Assembly: GCA_963708025.1 (NCBI GenBank)
Contig: CAVPSB010000030.1
Span: 1 to 64,000 of the forward strand
DNA length: 64,000 bases
Direction of reading: 5' to 3'
DNA from: an uncultured Candidatus Rokubacteria bacterium
GTDB lineage: Bacteria > Methylomirabilota > Methylomirabilia > Rokubacteriales > DASRDR01
Part shown: piece after piece, positions 11,437 through 21,812 of the stretch
Layout: every line of letters begins with the position of its first letter
How positions within the stretch are numbered: position 1 is the first letter of the stretch
Position numbers and translations under genes: made by a program
Notes under the pieces: model-generated
Databases searched by the model: none
Told to the model about the DNA's origin: nothing
What the model saw: the letters and a program-made list of their open reading frames with translations, nothing else

Positions 11437-11774
11437 TGGCGCCCCCTGGTCCATATCCTATACGAAGAGTCACGCCAGAGGAACTCCGCGAACTCTTCAA
11501 CTCGGGTCGATATTGGGAACGATCACAAGGCAGCGAGTTCGTTGTGGTTATTTTGGAGCAGCACCATCCGGCCCCGCTGCTCTCCGGTCAACCGACCTGC
11601 ACGTGGAGCCGAAGCCTGTCGTACCGAGACACGATAACGAATGAAGAGGTTGCTCGGGTACACCAATACGATCGACCCGATGGCACCATCGGCGGAAGTG
11701 GACGGCCCGATCCCAAGCGAATCATGAAGGACGGGGTCCTCTATCGTCTTCACCGAATGACTCGCGGTCAATGA
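11436..11774 (+). CDS. Hypothetical protein (112 aa)
   Basis: Non-GC-biased ORF with VARVHQYDRPDGTIGGSGRPDPKRI motif. Confidence 0.6.
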   Translation: MAPPGPYPIRRVTPEELRELFNSGRYWERSQGSEFVVVILEQHHPAPLLSGQPTCTWSRSLSYRDTITNEEVARVHQYDRPDGTIGGSGRPDPKRIMKDGVLYRLHRMTRGQ

Positions 11775-11911
11775 GCCACGTGCCCTTCCTCGAGAGAAGC
11801 AGGACGCGCCTTGGTAGTTTCTCCGAATCGCTCGTATGGCGTTCCCCCGAAGCCCCCCATCGTAGCGGCGGCCAAGTACCCACGTCAGGGGCGGCTGGCG
11901 CCTTCGCGTCA

Positions 11912-12478
11912 GTGGTCGCTCGGAGCGCTGGCCGATGGAGACCGGCGTGGGCGTGGCTCGTCGCGCTGGGGTGGCTGCTGACGGCGGTACCAGCGGCCGG
12001 TGCCGCGGACCCGCTCGACGACGTGGTGAAGAAGACACCGGAGCAGCTCGTGCAGGGGATCGAGGGCCAGCACCCCGCGGTCTACTTCGTGCTGGCCCGG
12101 AAGCTGTTCGAGACCGGCCGGAAGGACGAGGCGACCTTCTGGTACTACGCCGGCCAGCTCCGCTACCGGTTCTACCTGAAGGCCTCGCCGGGCCTCGACC
12201 CCTCGGGCGACCCGGCCCTCTTCAGGTCCCTGTCCGAGGTGATCGGCCGGCCGATCAACGAGTGGGCCTTCGGCGACCTGGACGCGCTCCGCGCCACGCT
12301 GGACCGCGTGCTCGCCTTGGACGACCGGTCGCCGAACGGCTTCACGCCCAAGGACCGGAACCGCGTGGCCCTGGACGAGACCCGGGCCGGTCTCCGAGGG
12401 CTCATCACCCTCATCCGGGACAGCGCCGCGTCGATCCGTCAGCAGCGGGCGACCAACGGGCTCGAGAACCGCCGCTGA
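11912..12478 (+). CDS. Secreted hypothetical protein
   Basis: Signal-peptide-like AWAWLVALGWLLTAVPAAGA followed by a helical domain (HPAVYFVLA...FWYYAGQLRYR); start uncertain. Confidence 0.7.
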   Translation: MVARSAGRWRPAWAWLVALGWLLTAVPAAGAADPLDDVVKKTPEQLVQGIEGQHPAVYFVLARKLFETGRKDEATFWYYAGQLRYRFYLKASPGLDPSGDPALFRSLSEVIGRPINEWAFGDLDALRATLDRVLALDDRSPNGFTPKDRNRVALDETRAGLRGLITLIRDSAASIRQQRATNGLENRR

Positions 12479-13974
12479 TCACGGCGCGCCGCGGGGCGGG
12501 TCCAGCCAGTTGTCCTCCATGCGGAGCTGCCACCGGTAGGCGTCGGGCGGCCTGACCGCCCGGGCCCACACCCCGAGCAGGGCCCTGTCGCGGCGGCGCG
12601 CCGCCATTCGGCTCGCGACGCGCTCGGGGTCCCAGTCGGCGAGCAGCCGGCGGACGAGCGCGTCGCGAACCCCGGCGTGGCGGGGATCCTCGGCCAGGTC
12701 GGTGGTCTCGCGCGGGTCGTCCAGCAGGTCGTAGAGCTGGGGGCGGTCGCCGTGGTAGTAGTTGAGCTTCCAGCGACGCGTGCGGAACATGCGCTGCTGG
12801 ACGGGCCTCGCCCCCGCCCACGGCTCGGCGGCGTCGCCGCAGTACTCGGACACCGTCGCGTCGTTCCAGGGCTGGGCGGCGTCCCGCGCCACGCCGAGGA
12901 AGCTCCGCCCGTCGGCGTTCGGGAGCGGCGGCGCAGCCAGCGCCTCCAGCACCGTCGGCGCCAGGTCCACGAGGTTGACGATCTGCCCGCGGCGCTCGCC
13001 CGCCGGCAGCTGGCCCGGCCAGGCGAGAATCAGCGGCACCTTGGCCGACTCGTCGTAGAAGGTCTGCTTCCACCAGAGCCCGCGCTCTCCGAGCTGGTCG
13101 CCGTGGTCCGTCGTGTAGACGACCAGCGTGTCGTCGGCCAGGCCCAGGGCCTCGAGCCGGTCCAGGACCCGGCCGATCATCGCGTCGAGCCGGGTCACCA
13201 GCCCGTAGTAGGCCGTGCGGGCCCGCAGGACCTCGGCCTCGGTCACGTCGCGAGTGTCGGTGCTGTCCCGCCACCACCGGAGGTACGGGTGCTCGCGGGC
13301 GGGGTCGGGCGGTGCGGTCTCCGGCAGCCCGACCTTGCCGACGTACGGCTCGTAGTCCTCCGCACGGGCCACGTACGGCTGGTGCGGCAGCATGAGCCCG
13401 ACCGTGAGCTGAAGGGGCTCGCATCGCCGGCCCGGCGGCGGTGCGCGATCGCCTCCAGCCGGGCGCAGGCGGCCTCGACCACGTCCGCGTCGTGCAGCTC
13501 GTAGGCGCACTGGCCCGCGCCCGACTTGCGGAGGCTGTCGCGGAACGGGTCGTTGGTCTTGTCGAGCGCCCCCATGTCGTGCCGAGGGACGCCGACCCAG
13601 TTGGGGCTGTGGTCCCCGACCTCCCGCTCCGCGTACCCGTGGAGCTGATCGGGCCCCAGCGCGTGGAGCCGGCCCACCAGCACCGGCCGGTAGCCCGCGG
13701 CGCCGAGGGCGTGGGCCATGGTCGGCCGGTCGGAGGCCAGCATGTCGCCGTTGGTCCAGCACTCCTGAGTGGCCGGATGGCAGCCGGTCAGGAGGGACAT
13801 GCGCGACGGGACGCAGATCGGCGAGGGGCAGTACGCCTCGTCGAAGACGACGCCGCGAGCGGCCAGCCGATCCAGGTGGGGCGTCCGCACCACGCCGTCG
13901 CCGTAGCAGCCGATGACCCGCTGCGTGTGCTGGTCCGACATCAGGAAGAGGAGGTTCGGTCCCGTAGCGCTCAG
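12479..13974 (-). CDS. Sulfatase (choline-sulfatase-like), frameshift near 13420
   Basis: PNLLFLMSDQH, CPSPICVPSRMSLLTG, PHQPY, TTDHGDQLGERGLWWKQTFYDES. Confidence 0.9.
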
Positions 13975-14010
13975 GCCATCCCCCTCGACGGGCCCGGGGT
14001 TCCGTTCAGT

Positions 14011-14427
14011 TCAGGGAAGCAGCTCGAACGCCTTGCAATGACGGGGCCGGATGAGCGAGAAGTCGCGCCGGTCTGTCGTCAGGATGCGCGAGATCTTCAG
14101 GCGCTCGGCGGTCGCGACGACGGCGGCGTTGACGAACCCGATTGTCGCGGTCGCGTAGCGGTGGAGGAGATCGAGGGCGCGCCGGAGGTCTTGGAGCGTG
14201 ATCTCCTCGAGCGCCATCTCTCCGCTCACCACCGACCGGACCAGCCTCCGCTCCGCCTCGGGTCCGAGGTGGGTGGCCAGCAGATAGGCGGCTTCCGGCA
14301 GCACCGCAACGGAAACGATCAGCTCGTCGGGTGAGCGGTCGAGGAATCTGACGACCCGAGAATGCCAGTCGTCGTCCCGATCGGCCATTGCGTACAGTGG
14401 GCCGGTGTTGACGAGGATCGGCGGCAT
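14011..14427 (-). CDS. vapC: PIN-domain VapC-family toxin with two catalytic Asp positions read as Asn
   Basis: ILVNTG...VLPEAAYL...GFVNAAVVATAERL...LTTDRRDF; directly downstream of an RHH antitoxin. Confidence 0.85.
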   Translation of the reverse strand: MPPILVNTGPLYAMADRDDDWHSRVVRFLDRSPDELIVSVAVLPEAAYLLATHLGPEAERRLVRSVVSGEMALEEITLQDLRRALDLLHRYATATIGFVNAAVVATAERLKISRILTTDRRDFSLIRPRHCKAFELLP

Positions 14428-14658
14428 TCAGCGCCCGAAGCCCTTTCTCAGCAACTCTTCGGCATGCTCGGCGACGTCACGCCGTCCGCTTCGCCCGATT
14501 CCGATCAGCGAGAGGCGAGAGCGCTTGGGCTGGCGGCGCGAGACATAACGTCGAAGCGCGGTCCGGATCGCATCGGACAGGGTGACGTTCTCGCGCTTGG
14601 CGATCTCGCGCAACTTTCTCAGCACGTCCTCGTCCGCAAAGATGGTTGTCCGCCTCAT
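14428..14658 (-). CDS. vapB: Ribbon-helix-helix (CopG-like) VapB antitoxin
   Basis: MRRTTIFADEDVLRKLREIAKRENVTLSDAIRTALRRY; GGAGG RBS; abuts vapC. Confidence 0.85.
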   Translation of the reverse strand: MRRTTIFADEDVLRKLREIAKRENVTLSDAIRTALRRYVSRRQPKRSRLSLIGIGRSGRRDVAEHAEELLRKGFGR

Positions 14659-14866
14659 CTGGCCTCCTCGATCCACGCATACGTATGCTAGCATACCTGA
14701 TGGGCATGCCGGCCGCGTAAGCCGTGGCCGAGAAGGCAATCACCTTGACGATCACCATCCTTCGAAGTCAGGCGCATCGCCTCGAGAAACCCAGCGACCG
14801 CGAAGGAGAGTCGCTGGCTGGTTGGCTCGCCCACGTCCGGGATGGTGCGCCACTCGCCGCCAACGG

Positions 14867-16873
14867 ATGAGTGCGCTTCCTCGGTCCCCTACCCGTCGCC
14901 ACTCAGCCTTCTACTCCGCGCCCATCGCTGTGTTCTTGGCGACCCCACCGGCGCACATCCTCGGCACTCTCGTCGCCGCCAACGACCACGACCTCGACGC
15001 CGAACAGAAGCGCGCCTGGGAAGATGAGATAGACCTCCTCTGCGCGTCGCTGGCGGGACTCACGGGCACGCTCTATCTCGAGTTCGACGTTCCACGGCTC
15101 GGCAGCCGCATCGACGCCGTCGTCATCTCGGGTGCTGCGATCTTCCCGCTGGAATTCAAGTGCGGCGAGCGCGAGTATCGCCGCGCGGATGTCGAGCAGG
15201 CGTGGGACTACGCCCTGGACCTGAAGAACTTTCATCAGGCCAGTCACCACGCTCCGCTTCTGCCGGTGCTGATTGCGACGAACGCCGAGTCGAGCGACCA
15301 GACCTGGAAGCCGCCGCACGCCGACGACGTCCGGCCGCCGATCAGGTGCAATGCCGAGGGCCTTGGTCGCATTCTCAGGCACGGCCTGACGCTCGTTAGC
15401 GGTGCAAGTACGAATATTGATGGCGAGGCGTGGGGCGCGGCGCCATATCATCCGACGCCCACCATCGTCGAAGCTGCCCGCGCTCTCTACGCTCGACACT
15501 CCGTCGAGGCGATCTCTCGCCACGACGCCGGTGCAACGAACCTGCGTGTGACGTCCGTGGGCGTGGAAGAGATCATCGAACGCTCACGGGCCAATCGCGA
15601 GAAGGCCATCGTCTTCGTCACCGGCGTGCCCGGTGCGGGCAAGACGCTCGTCGGGCTGAACGTCGCGACCCGGCGCCGCGAGCTCGGCGAGGCGCGCGCG
15701 GTGTTTCTGTCCGGCAACGGCCCGCTCGTGTCTGTCCTGCAAGAGGCGCTGGCGCGCGATGAGCTCGTCCGCATCGGCAACACGGAGCGCAAGGGGGCAA
15801 TTCGCCAGAAGGTGAAAGCGTTCATCCAGAACGTCCATCACTTCAGGGATGAAGGCCTTCGGCGCCCCGGCGACGCGCCGTTCGACCACGTCGTCATTTT
15901 CGACGAAGCGCAGCGGGCGTGGAATCGCGAGAAGACCTCCGACTTCATGAAACGGCGCAAGAAGATTCGCGACTTCAGCCAGTCCGAGCCGGAGTTCTTG
16001 ATTTCGTATCTCGACCGTCACGAGGCGTGGGCAGTGATCATCTGCCTCGTCGGCGGTGGCCAGGAGATTCACACCGGCGAGGCCGGCATCTCGGCATGGC
16101 TCGACGCCGTGCGCGCCGCCTTCCCGCACTGGCGCGTGTGCATGTCGCCGGACCTCACCGACTCGGAGTATGCGGCCGGCCAGGCGCTCGACACGCTCGC
16201 CGGCGACTCGCGCATCGTCTTTCAGCGCGACCCACGACTCCATCTCGCGTCATCCATGCGCTCGTTCCGATCAGAAAAGGTCTCGGCATTCGTGAAAGCT
16301 GTCCTCGACTGCGACGCCGACGGCGCGCGCGGCCTCCTGACCGAGGTCTCGCGCCGTTACCCCATCGCCATCACGCGCGACCTCGCGCGCGCAAAACAAT
16401 GGATCCGCGAACACGCGCGCGGGTCCGAGCGTTACGGGCTCGTCGCCTCGTCACAGGCGCAGCGCCTGAAGCCGCACGCGATCGACGTGCGCGTTAACGT
16501 CGACCCCATCCATTGGTTCTTGAACGACCGTCACGACACGCGCTCGAGCTATTACCTAGAGGACGCCGCCACCGAATTCCAGGTGCAGGGATTAGAGCTC
16601 GATTGGATCTGCGTGACCTGGGACGCCGATCTGCGCCTGCATCGGCCGGGCTGCTGGCGGTATCACTCGTTCCGCGGCGACGAATGGCAGGGAATCCACA
16701 AGCCTGAGCGCAAGCAGTACTTGCTCAATGCCTATCGCGTGCTGCTTACGCGCGCGCGGCAAGGCATGGTGATCTTCGTACCGCCGGGAGACGCAGACGA
16801 TCCCACCCGACAGCCCGACTTCTATGACGGCACCTTCGATTACTTGCTGGGGCTCGGGCTGTCGGCTGTGTAG
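14867..16873 (+). CDS. DUF2075 / Schlafen-group-3-like SF1 helicase with N-terminal PD-(D/E)xK (NERD-like) nuclease domain
   Basis: [15 protein letters not shown]...LEFK nuclease motif; Walker [37 protein letters not shown]. Confidence 0.88.
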   Translation: MSALPRSPTRRHSAFYSAPIAVFLATPPAHILGTLVAANDHDLDAEQKRAWEDEIDLLCASLAGLTGTLYLEFDVPRLGSRIDAVVISGAAIFPLEFKCGEREYRRADVEQAWDYALDLKNFHQASHHAPLLPVLIATNAESSDQTWKPPHADDVRPPIRCNAEGLGRILRHGLTLVSGASTNIDGEAWGAAPYHPTPTIVEAARALYARHSVEAISRHDAGATNLRVTSVGVEEIIERSRANREKAIVFVTGVPGAGKTLVGLNVATRRRELGEARAVFLSGNGPLVSVLQEALARDELVRIGNTERKGAIRQKVKAFIQNVHHFRDEGLRRPGDAPFDHVVIFDEAQRAWNREKTSDFMKRRKKIRDFSQSEPEFLISYLDRHEAWAVIICLVGGGQEIHTGEAGISAWLDAVRAAFPHWRVCMSPDLTDSEYAAGQALDTLAGDSRIVFQRDPRLHLASSMRSFRSEKVSAFVKAVLDCDADGARGLLTEVSRRYPIAITRDLARAKQWIREHARGSERYGLVASSQAQRLKPHAIDVRVNVDPIHWFLNDRHDTRSSYYLEDAATEFQVQGLELDWICVTWDADLRLHRPGCWRYHSFRGDEWQGIHKPERKQYLLNAYRVLLTRARQGMVIFVPPGDADDPTRQPDFYDGTFDYLLGLGLSAV

Positions 16874-16885
16874 GCTCGGCCCGGG

Positions 16886-17720
16886 TCACTGCCGGAGGCT
16901 CGGATCGAGGAGGTCCCGGAGGCCGTCGCCGAGCAGGTTGGCGCCCAGGACGACCAGCGAGATCGCCGCTCCGGGCACGGTGGCCAGCCACCAGGCGTTG
17001 GACAGGTAGTCCCGCCCCTCGGCGAGCATCCCCCCCCACGACGGCTCGGGCGGCTGGATGCCCATGCCGAGGAAGCTCAGGCCCGATTCCAGCAGGACCA
17101 TGGTGGCGAACTGGCTGGAGCCGATGACCAGGATCGGCGCCAGCGTGTTGGGCAGGATGTGCCGGGCGATGACGCGCAGGTCGCTGGCCCCGAGGGTGCG
17201 GGCGGCCTCGACGTACTCGAGCTGGCGGATGGTCAGCACGTTGGCCCGCACGGTGCGGGCGTGGAGGACCCAGCCGCTCAGCGCCAGGACGCCGACCAGC
17301 GTCGCCGGGCTGGTGCCGACGACGGCCACGATGGCGATGGCCAGCATGATGACCGGGAACGCGAGCTGGATGTCGCAGACCCGCATGACGAGGTCGTCCA
17401 GTCGGCCCCCGACCGCGCCGGCCAGGAGCCCGACCGCCACGCCGGCGCCGGTCGCCAGGATCACCGCGCAGGTGGCGAGGACGAGGGAGATCCGGCCACC
17501 GTAGAGGACGCGCGCCCAGATGTCCCGGCCCAGGTTGTCGGCGCCGAGCGGGTAGGCGGGGGGCCCCCCGAGCGCCCAGGGCCGGGACAGCCGCTTGCCG
17601 AAGCTCGGCTTGACCGGATCGGCGGGCGTCAGGAGCGGCGCCCCGGCGCTGGCCAGGACGACGACCAGGCAGGATGAGCCCGCCGACCAGCGTCATCGGG
17701 CTCCGGCCGAGCCGCCTCAT
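16886..17720 (-). CDS. Peptide/nickel ABC permease (DppC-like), frameshift near 17670
   Basis: [48 protein letters not shown]. Confidence 0.88.
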
Positions 17721-18638
17721 TGGTACCGGATCCGAGGATCCAGCACGGTGTACAGCACGTCCACGACGAGGTTGATCACGACGAAGATCGTCGCCGAGAA
17801 GATCAGGATCGTCTGCACCACCGGGAAGTCCCGGAAGAAGATCGCGTCCACGACCAGCTTGCCCATGCCGGGCCAGGCGAACACCGACTCGGTGATGACG
17901 GCGCCCCCGAGCAGGGTCCCGATCTGGAGCCCGATCACCGTGAGGACCGGGATCGTCGCGTTCTTGAGGGCGTGGCGCAGCACCACCATCCGCTCGGCCA
18001 GCCCCTTGGCCCGTCCGGTCCGGATGTAGTCCCGGCTCAGGATCTCGAGCATGCTGGAGCGGGTGAGGCGCGCGACCAGCGCGGTGGGGTACGCCGCCAG
18101 GGTGACGCTGGGCAGGATCAGGTAGGACCACCCCTGGAACCCCGAGGTCGGGAGCCACCGGAGCGTCACCCCGAAGAGCAGGATGAGCATGATCCCGAGC
18201 CAGAAGTTCGGGAGGGACTGCCCGAGGACCGCGAGGACGGTGCCGGCGTAGTCGTAGCCCGTCCCCTTCCGGACGGCGGCCACGATCCCGATGGACACGC
18301 CGAAGGCGACGGTCAGGGCCATGGCGGCCAGGGTCGAGCTGGATCGTGGCCGGCAGCCGCTCGACGACCACCGTGAGGGCCGGCGCGCGGTACTGGAAGG
18401 ACTGGCCGAAGTCGCCCCGGACGACGCTGCGGAGGAAGATGCCGTACTGGACCCACAGCGGCTCGCGGAGCCCGAGGTGGCGGTTCAGCTCGTCGACCGC
18501 CGACTGCGGCGCCCCCTCGGGCAGCAGCATCTTGGCCGGGTCTCCCGGGACCACGCGAAGGATCACGAAGACCAGGACCGAGACCCCGACCAGGGTGAGG
18601 GCGGCCTGGCGGAGACGCCGGAGCAGGTAGGACTTCAT
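17717..18638 (-). CDS. Peptide/nickel ABC permease (DppB-like), frameshift near 18335
   Basis: PGDPA, GDFGQS, ERLPAT, DYIRTGRAKGL, ESVFAWPGMG, LDPRIRY. Confidence 0.9.
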
Positions 18639-18686
18639 CGGGGAGCCGCCCCTCCCCCTCCCTCCAGCCGGGAGAGAGGGAGGTTG

Positions 18687-18918
18687 CGCCTAGGATTCCT
18701 GAAGCTCAGTTGTCGTAGATGAACCAAGTTCCTGGAGGCAGGGCCGAGGAGCGAGCAGCGCTAGGACGCAGGGAGTCGCCGACCGCAGGCGTACTCCTGT
18801 ACGCCGAGGATCGGCGACGACCCCGGAGGTCGGGACGGACGCGAGGCCGCAGGCCGAGCGCGTCCCGACCGAGATGGAGGACGACGCGATGCGACGCTCA
18901 TCGGCCCTGCCGCCTAGG
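18687..18918. repeat. ~230-bp structured intergenic element (MITE/REP-like) flanked by CGCCTAGG direct repeats
   Basis: CGCCTAGG at 18687-18694 and 18911-18918; perfect inverted arms GGCAGGGCCGA 18737-18747 / TCGGCCCTGCC 18901-18911; nested hairpins 18788-18805 and 18828-18870. Confidence 0.6.
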
Positions 18919-20446
18919 CGAGCGACACGTCGTAGAGCAGGACGTAGTAGTCCCGTCGCGCCTCGAAGTTCCGCAGCTTGTCGCTGACCGCGTAGATCGC
19001 CACGCTGTAGTACGGCCAGATCTCCGGCTCGTCCTCCCACAGGATCCGCTCGATCTCCTCGTATTTCTGCTGGCGCACCTTGGGATCGGGCACGCGCCCC
19101 TCGGCGATGAGCTGCTCGACCTTCGGGTCGTTGAACCGGGTGAGCTTCTCCGCCCCGGCCTTGGTGAACCACTGGCCGAGGTACCAGTCGGGGTCGTGGG
19201 GCATGTGGGCCCAGCCCGAGAAGAACATGTCGTAGGTCCCGGCACTCCGGTGCTCGCGGGCGGTGGCGATCTCCAGGTTCTTGATGTTGACCTTGATGCC
19301 GACCTCGCCGAGCATGGCCGCCACCGCCTGGACGATCTCGAGCTGCTTCGGGTAGAGGTCCTTCATGAGGACGAAGTCGAGCTGGAGGTTCTGGTACCCC
19401 GCCTGCTTCAGGATCTGCCGGGCCTTCTCCGGGTCGTACGGCTTCTGGCCGAGGTTGGTGTGCCCGATGAGGCCGGGCGGGATGGGGCTGTCGACGGGCC
19501 GGGCGTAGCCGAGCAGCAGGTCCTTGATGATCACGTTGCGGTCGATGGCCAGCGAGATCGCCTTGCGCACCCGCGGGTCCTTGACCGGGTCCTTGGCGAG
19601 CTGAAAGATCCAGCGCTGGGCCTCGACTGCCGGCGTGTCGAGGACCTTCACGCCGGGGCTCGCCCGGAGGGTCTGGACCATGTCCGGCCAGACGCGGTCG
19701 ATGACGTGCAGCTCCCCCGCCCGCAGCGCGGCGACGCGGGTGGACAGCTCGGGGATGAAGCGGAACGTCACCTTCTCCACCTTGGGGATCCCGGGCTTCC
19801 AGTAGCCCGGGTTGGCCACCAGGTTGACGAGGTCGCCGTGGGTCCAGCTCGCGAACCGGAACGGGCCGGTGCCGATCGGCTTCTGGAAGAAGGCGTCCTC
19901 GTTGGCCGCCGCGCTCGGCGGCAGCATGCCGAGCATGGTGAGGTGCGCCGGCAGCGACCCGAACGGGCGCTTGCTCACCACCTTGACCGCGAAGTCGCCC
20001 TCCTTCTGGACGTCCTCGATGTCCGCATAGACGAACTGCTTGATGAGCTTCGTGTTGTCGCGGGCCCGCTTGAGCGTGTAGACGACGCTGTCCGCGTTGA
20101 ACGGGCTGCCGTCGTGGAACTTCACGTCCTTCCGCAGCGTGAAGCGCCAGGTGGTGTTGTTGACGGCCTGCCAGGACTCGGCCAGCGCCGGCACGAACTT
20201 CGAGTCGTTGGTCACATCGACCAGGGGGTCGTAGACGTGCCGGAGCACCGAGGTGGCGGAGATCGAGTAGTGGTTGGCCGGATCGAGCGTGAGCATCCGC
20301 TCGGAGAGGCCGGCGATCAGCTCGCCCCGCCGGGCCTGGCCCCGGGCCCGGCCCGGGAGGCCGGCGGTCACCGCGGCCGCCGCGCCGGCCCCCACCAGGA
20401 GCTGACGACGACTCAATCCCTGCGATTCGTTCGTAAGCTCGCGCAT
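18914..20446 (-). CDS. Family 5 ABC substrate-binding protein, Tat-exported
   Basis: LSRRQLL Tat motif; PALAESW, FTLRKDVKFHDG, PIGTGPF, DPRVRKAISLAIDR. Confidence 0.93.
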   Translation of the reverse strand: MRELTNESQGLSRRQLLVGAGAAAAVTAGLPGRARGQARRGELIAGLSERMLTLDPANHYSISATSVLRHVYDPLVDVTNDSKFVPALAESWQAVNNTTWRFTLRKDVKFHDGSPFNADSVVYTLKRARDNTKLIKQFVYADIEDVQKEGDFAVKVVSKRPFGSLPAHLTMLGMLPPSAAANEDAFFQKPIGTGPFRFASWTHGDLVNLVANPGYWKPGIPKVEKVTFRFIPELSTRVAALRAGELHVIDRVWPDMVQTLRASPGVKVLDTPAVEAQRWIFQLAKDPVKDPRVRKAISLAIDRNVIIKDLLLGYARPVDSPIPPGLIGHTNLGQKPYDPEKARQILKQAGYQNLQLDFVLMKDLYPKQLEIVQAVAAMLGEVGIKVNIKNLEIATAREHRSAGTYDMFFSGWAHMPHDPDWYLGQWFTKAGAEKLTRFNDPKVEQLIAEGRVPDPKVRQQKYEEIERILWEDEPEIWPYYSVAIYAVSDKLRNFEARRDYYVLLYDVSLA

Positions 20447-20582
20447 GGTCGACTCCTCCGCTGGTTGAACGACACAGCCACCCGGGCGGGAACCGAAGTA
20501 CCCACATCCTGGCAAGCGCCGGCGGGGAGTGTCAAGTGGCAGCCATTTGACAGGCTCCGGGGCCATCCGATACGGTGGCCAG

Positions 20583-21812
20583 GTGGTCACGCTGGCCGAC
20601 ATCGAGGCCGCCCGGACGCGCATCCGCGACGCCGTGTACGCCACGCCGTGCCCGGGGTCCGAGACCCTGAGCGAGCTGACGGGGACCCGCTGCCACGTCA
20701 AGCTGGAGAACCTCCAGATGACCGGCTCCTTCAAGGAGCGCGGCGCCCTGTCCAGGCTCTCGACCCTGACGGCGGACGAGCGGGCCCGCGGCGTGATCGC
20801 GGCCAGCGCCGGCAACCACGGCCTGGCCGTCGCCTTCCACGCCCAGCGCCTCGGCCTCGCGGCCACCATCGTCATGCCCGAGTGGGCCCCGCTCATCAAG
20901 GTGACGCGCTGCCGCCGCCACCGGGCGACGGTCGTGCTCGCGGGCCAGGACTACGACGAGGCCTACGCGGAGGCCCGGCGGCGGGAGGCGGCGACCGGCG
21001 CCGTCTTCGTGCACCCCTTCGACGACCCGGTGGTCATCGCCGGCCAGGGCACGCTCGGCCTGGAGGTCATCGAGCAGGTACCCGACCTCGATGCGGTCGT
21101 GGTGCCGGTCGGCGGCGGGGGCCTCATCGGGGGCGTCGCGCTGGCGGTGAAGGCGAAGAGGCCATACGTCGAGGTGATCGGGGTGCAGGCCACCGCGCTG
21201 CCGTCGATGCGGGCGGCGCTGGAGGCGGGCGGACCCGTCGGCCTGGCGCCAGCCCCGACGATCGCCGACGGCATCGCGGTCCGCCGGGCCGGGATGGAGA
21301 CCTTCGAGCTGGTCCGGCGCCACGTTGACGAGGTGGTGACGGTGGACGAGGCCGAGATCGCCAACGCGATCCTGATCCTGCTCGAGGTCGAGAAGACCGT
21401 GGTGGAGGGGGCGGCGGCCACCACGCTGGCGGCGGTCCTCAACAAGAAGGTCGCCCTGGCCGGCAAGCGCGTCGTCCTCGTCCTCTCGGGCGGGAACATC
21501 GACGTCAACATCGTCGCCCGCGTCATCGAGAAGGGGCTCGTCAAGGATGGCCGGCTGGTCCGGCTGGCGGTCATCCTCCTCGACCGCCCCGGCGCCCTGG
21601 CCCGGCTCTGCTCGGTAGTGGCCGCCCAGCGCGCCAACATCCTCGACATCGGGCACCACCGGGCGTTCACGGCGGCGGCCATCGGCGAGACGGAGGTGGT
21701 CCTCACGCTCGAGACATCGGGCCGGGAGCACATCGCGGCCGTTGCCGCCGCCGTCCGCGCGGCGGGCTACGAGGTCGCCGAGGTCTCGCCGTCCCGGGGC
21801 AGCGCGTCCTGA
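20583..21812 (+). CDS. ilvA: Threonine ammonia-lyase, short form with C-terminal ACT domain
   Basis: KLENLQMTGSFKERGA (PLP lysine), SAGNHG, VPVGGGGLI, LSGGNID, DRPGAL. Confidence 0.92.
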   Translation: MVTLADIEAARTRIRDAVYATPCPGSETLSELTGTRCHVKLENLQMTGSFKERGALSRLSTLTADERARGVIAASAGNHGLAVAFHAQRLGLAATIVMPEWAPLIKVTRCRRHRATVVLAGQDYDEAYAEARRREAATGAVFVHPFDDPVVIAGQGTLGLEVIEQVPDLDAVVVPVGGGGLIGGVALAVKAKRPYVEVIGVQATALPSMRAALEAGGPVGLAPAPTIADGIAVRRAGMETFELVRRHVDEVVTVDEAEIANAILILLEVEKTVVEGAAATTLAAVLNKKVALAGKRVVLVLSGGNIDVNIVARVIEKGLVKDGRLVRLAVILLDRPGALARLCSVVAAQRANILDIGHHRAFTAAAIGETEVVLTLETSGREHIAAVAAAVRAAGYEVAEVSPSRGSAS

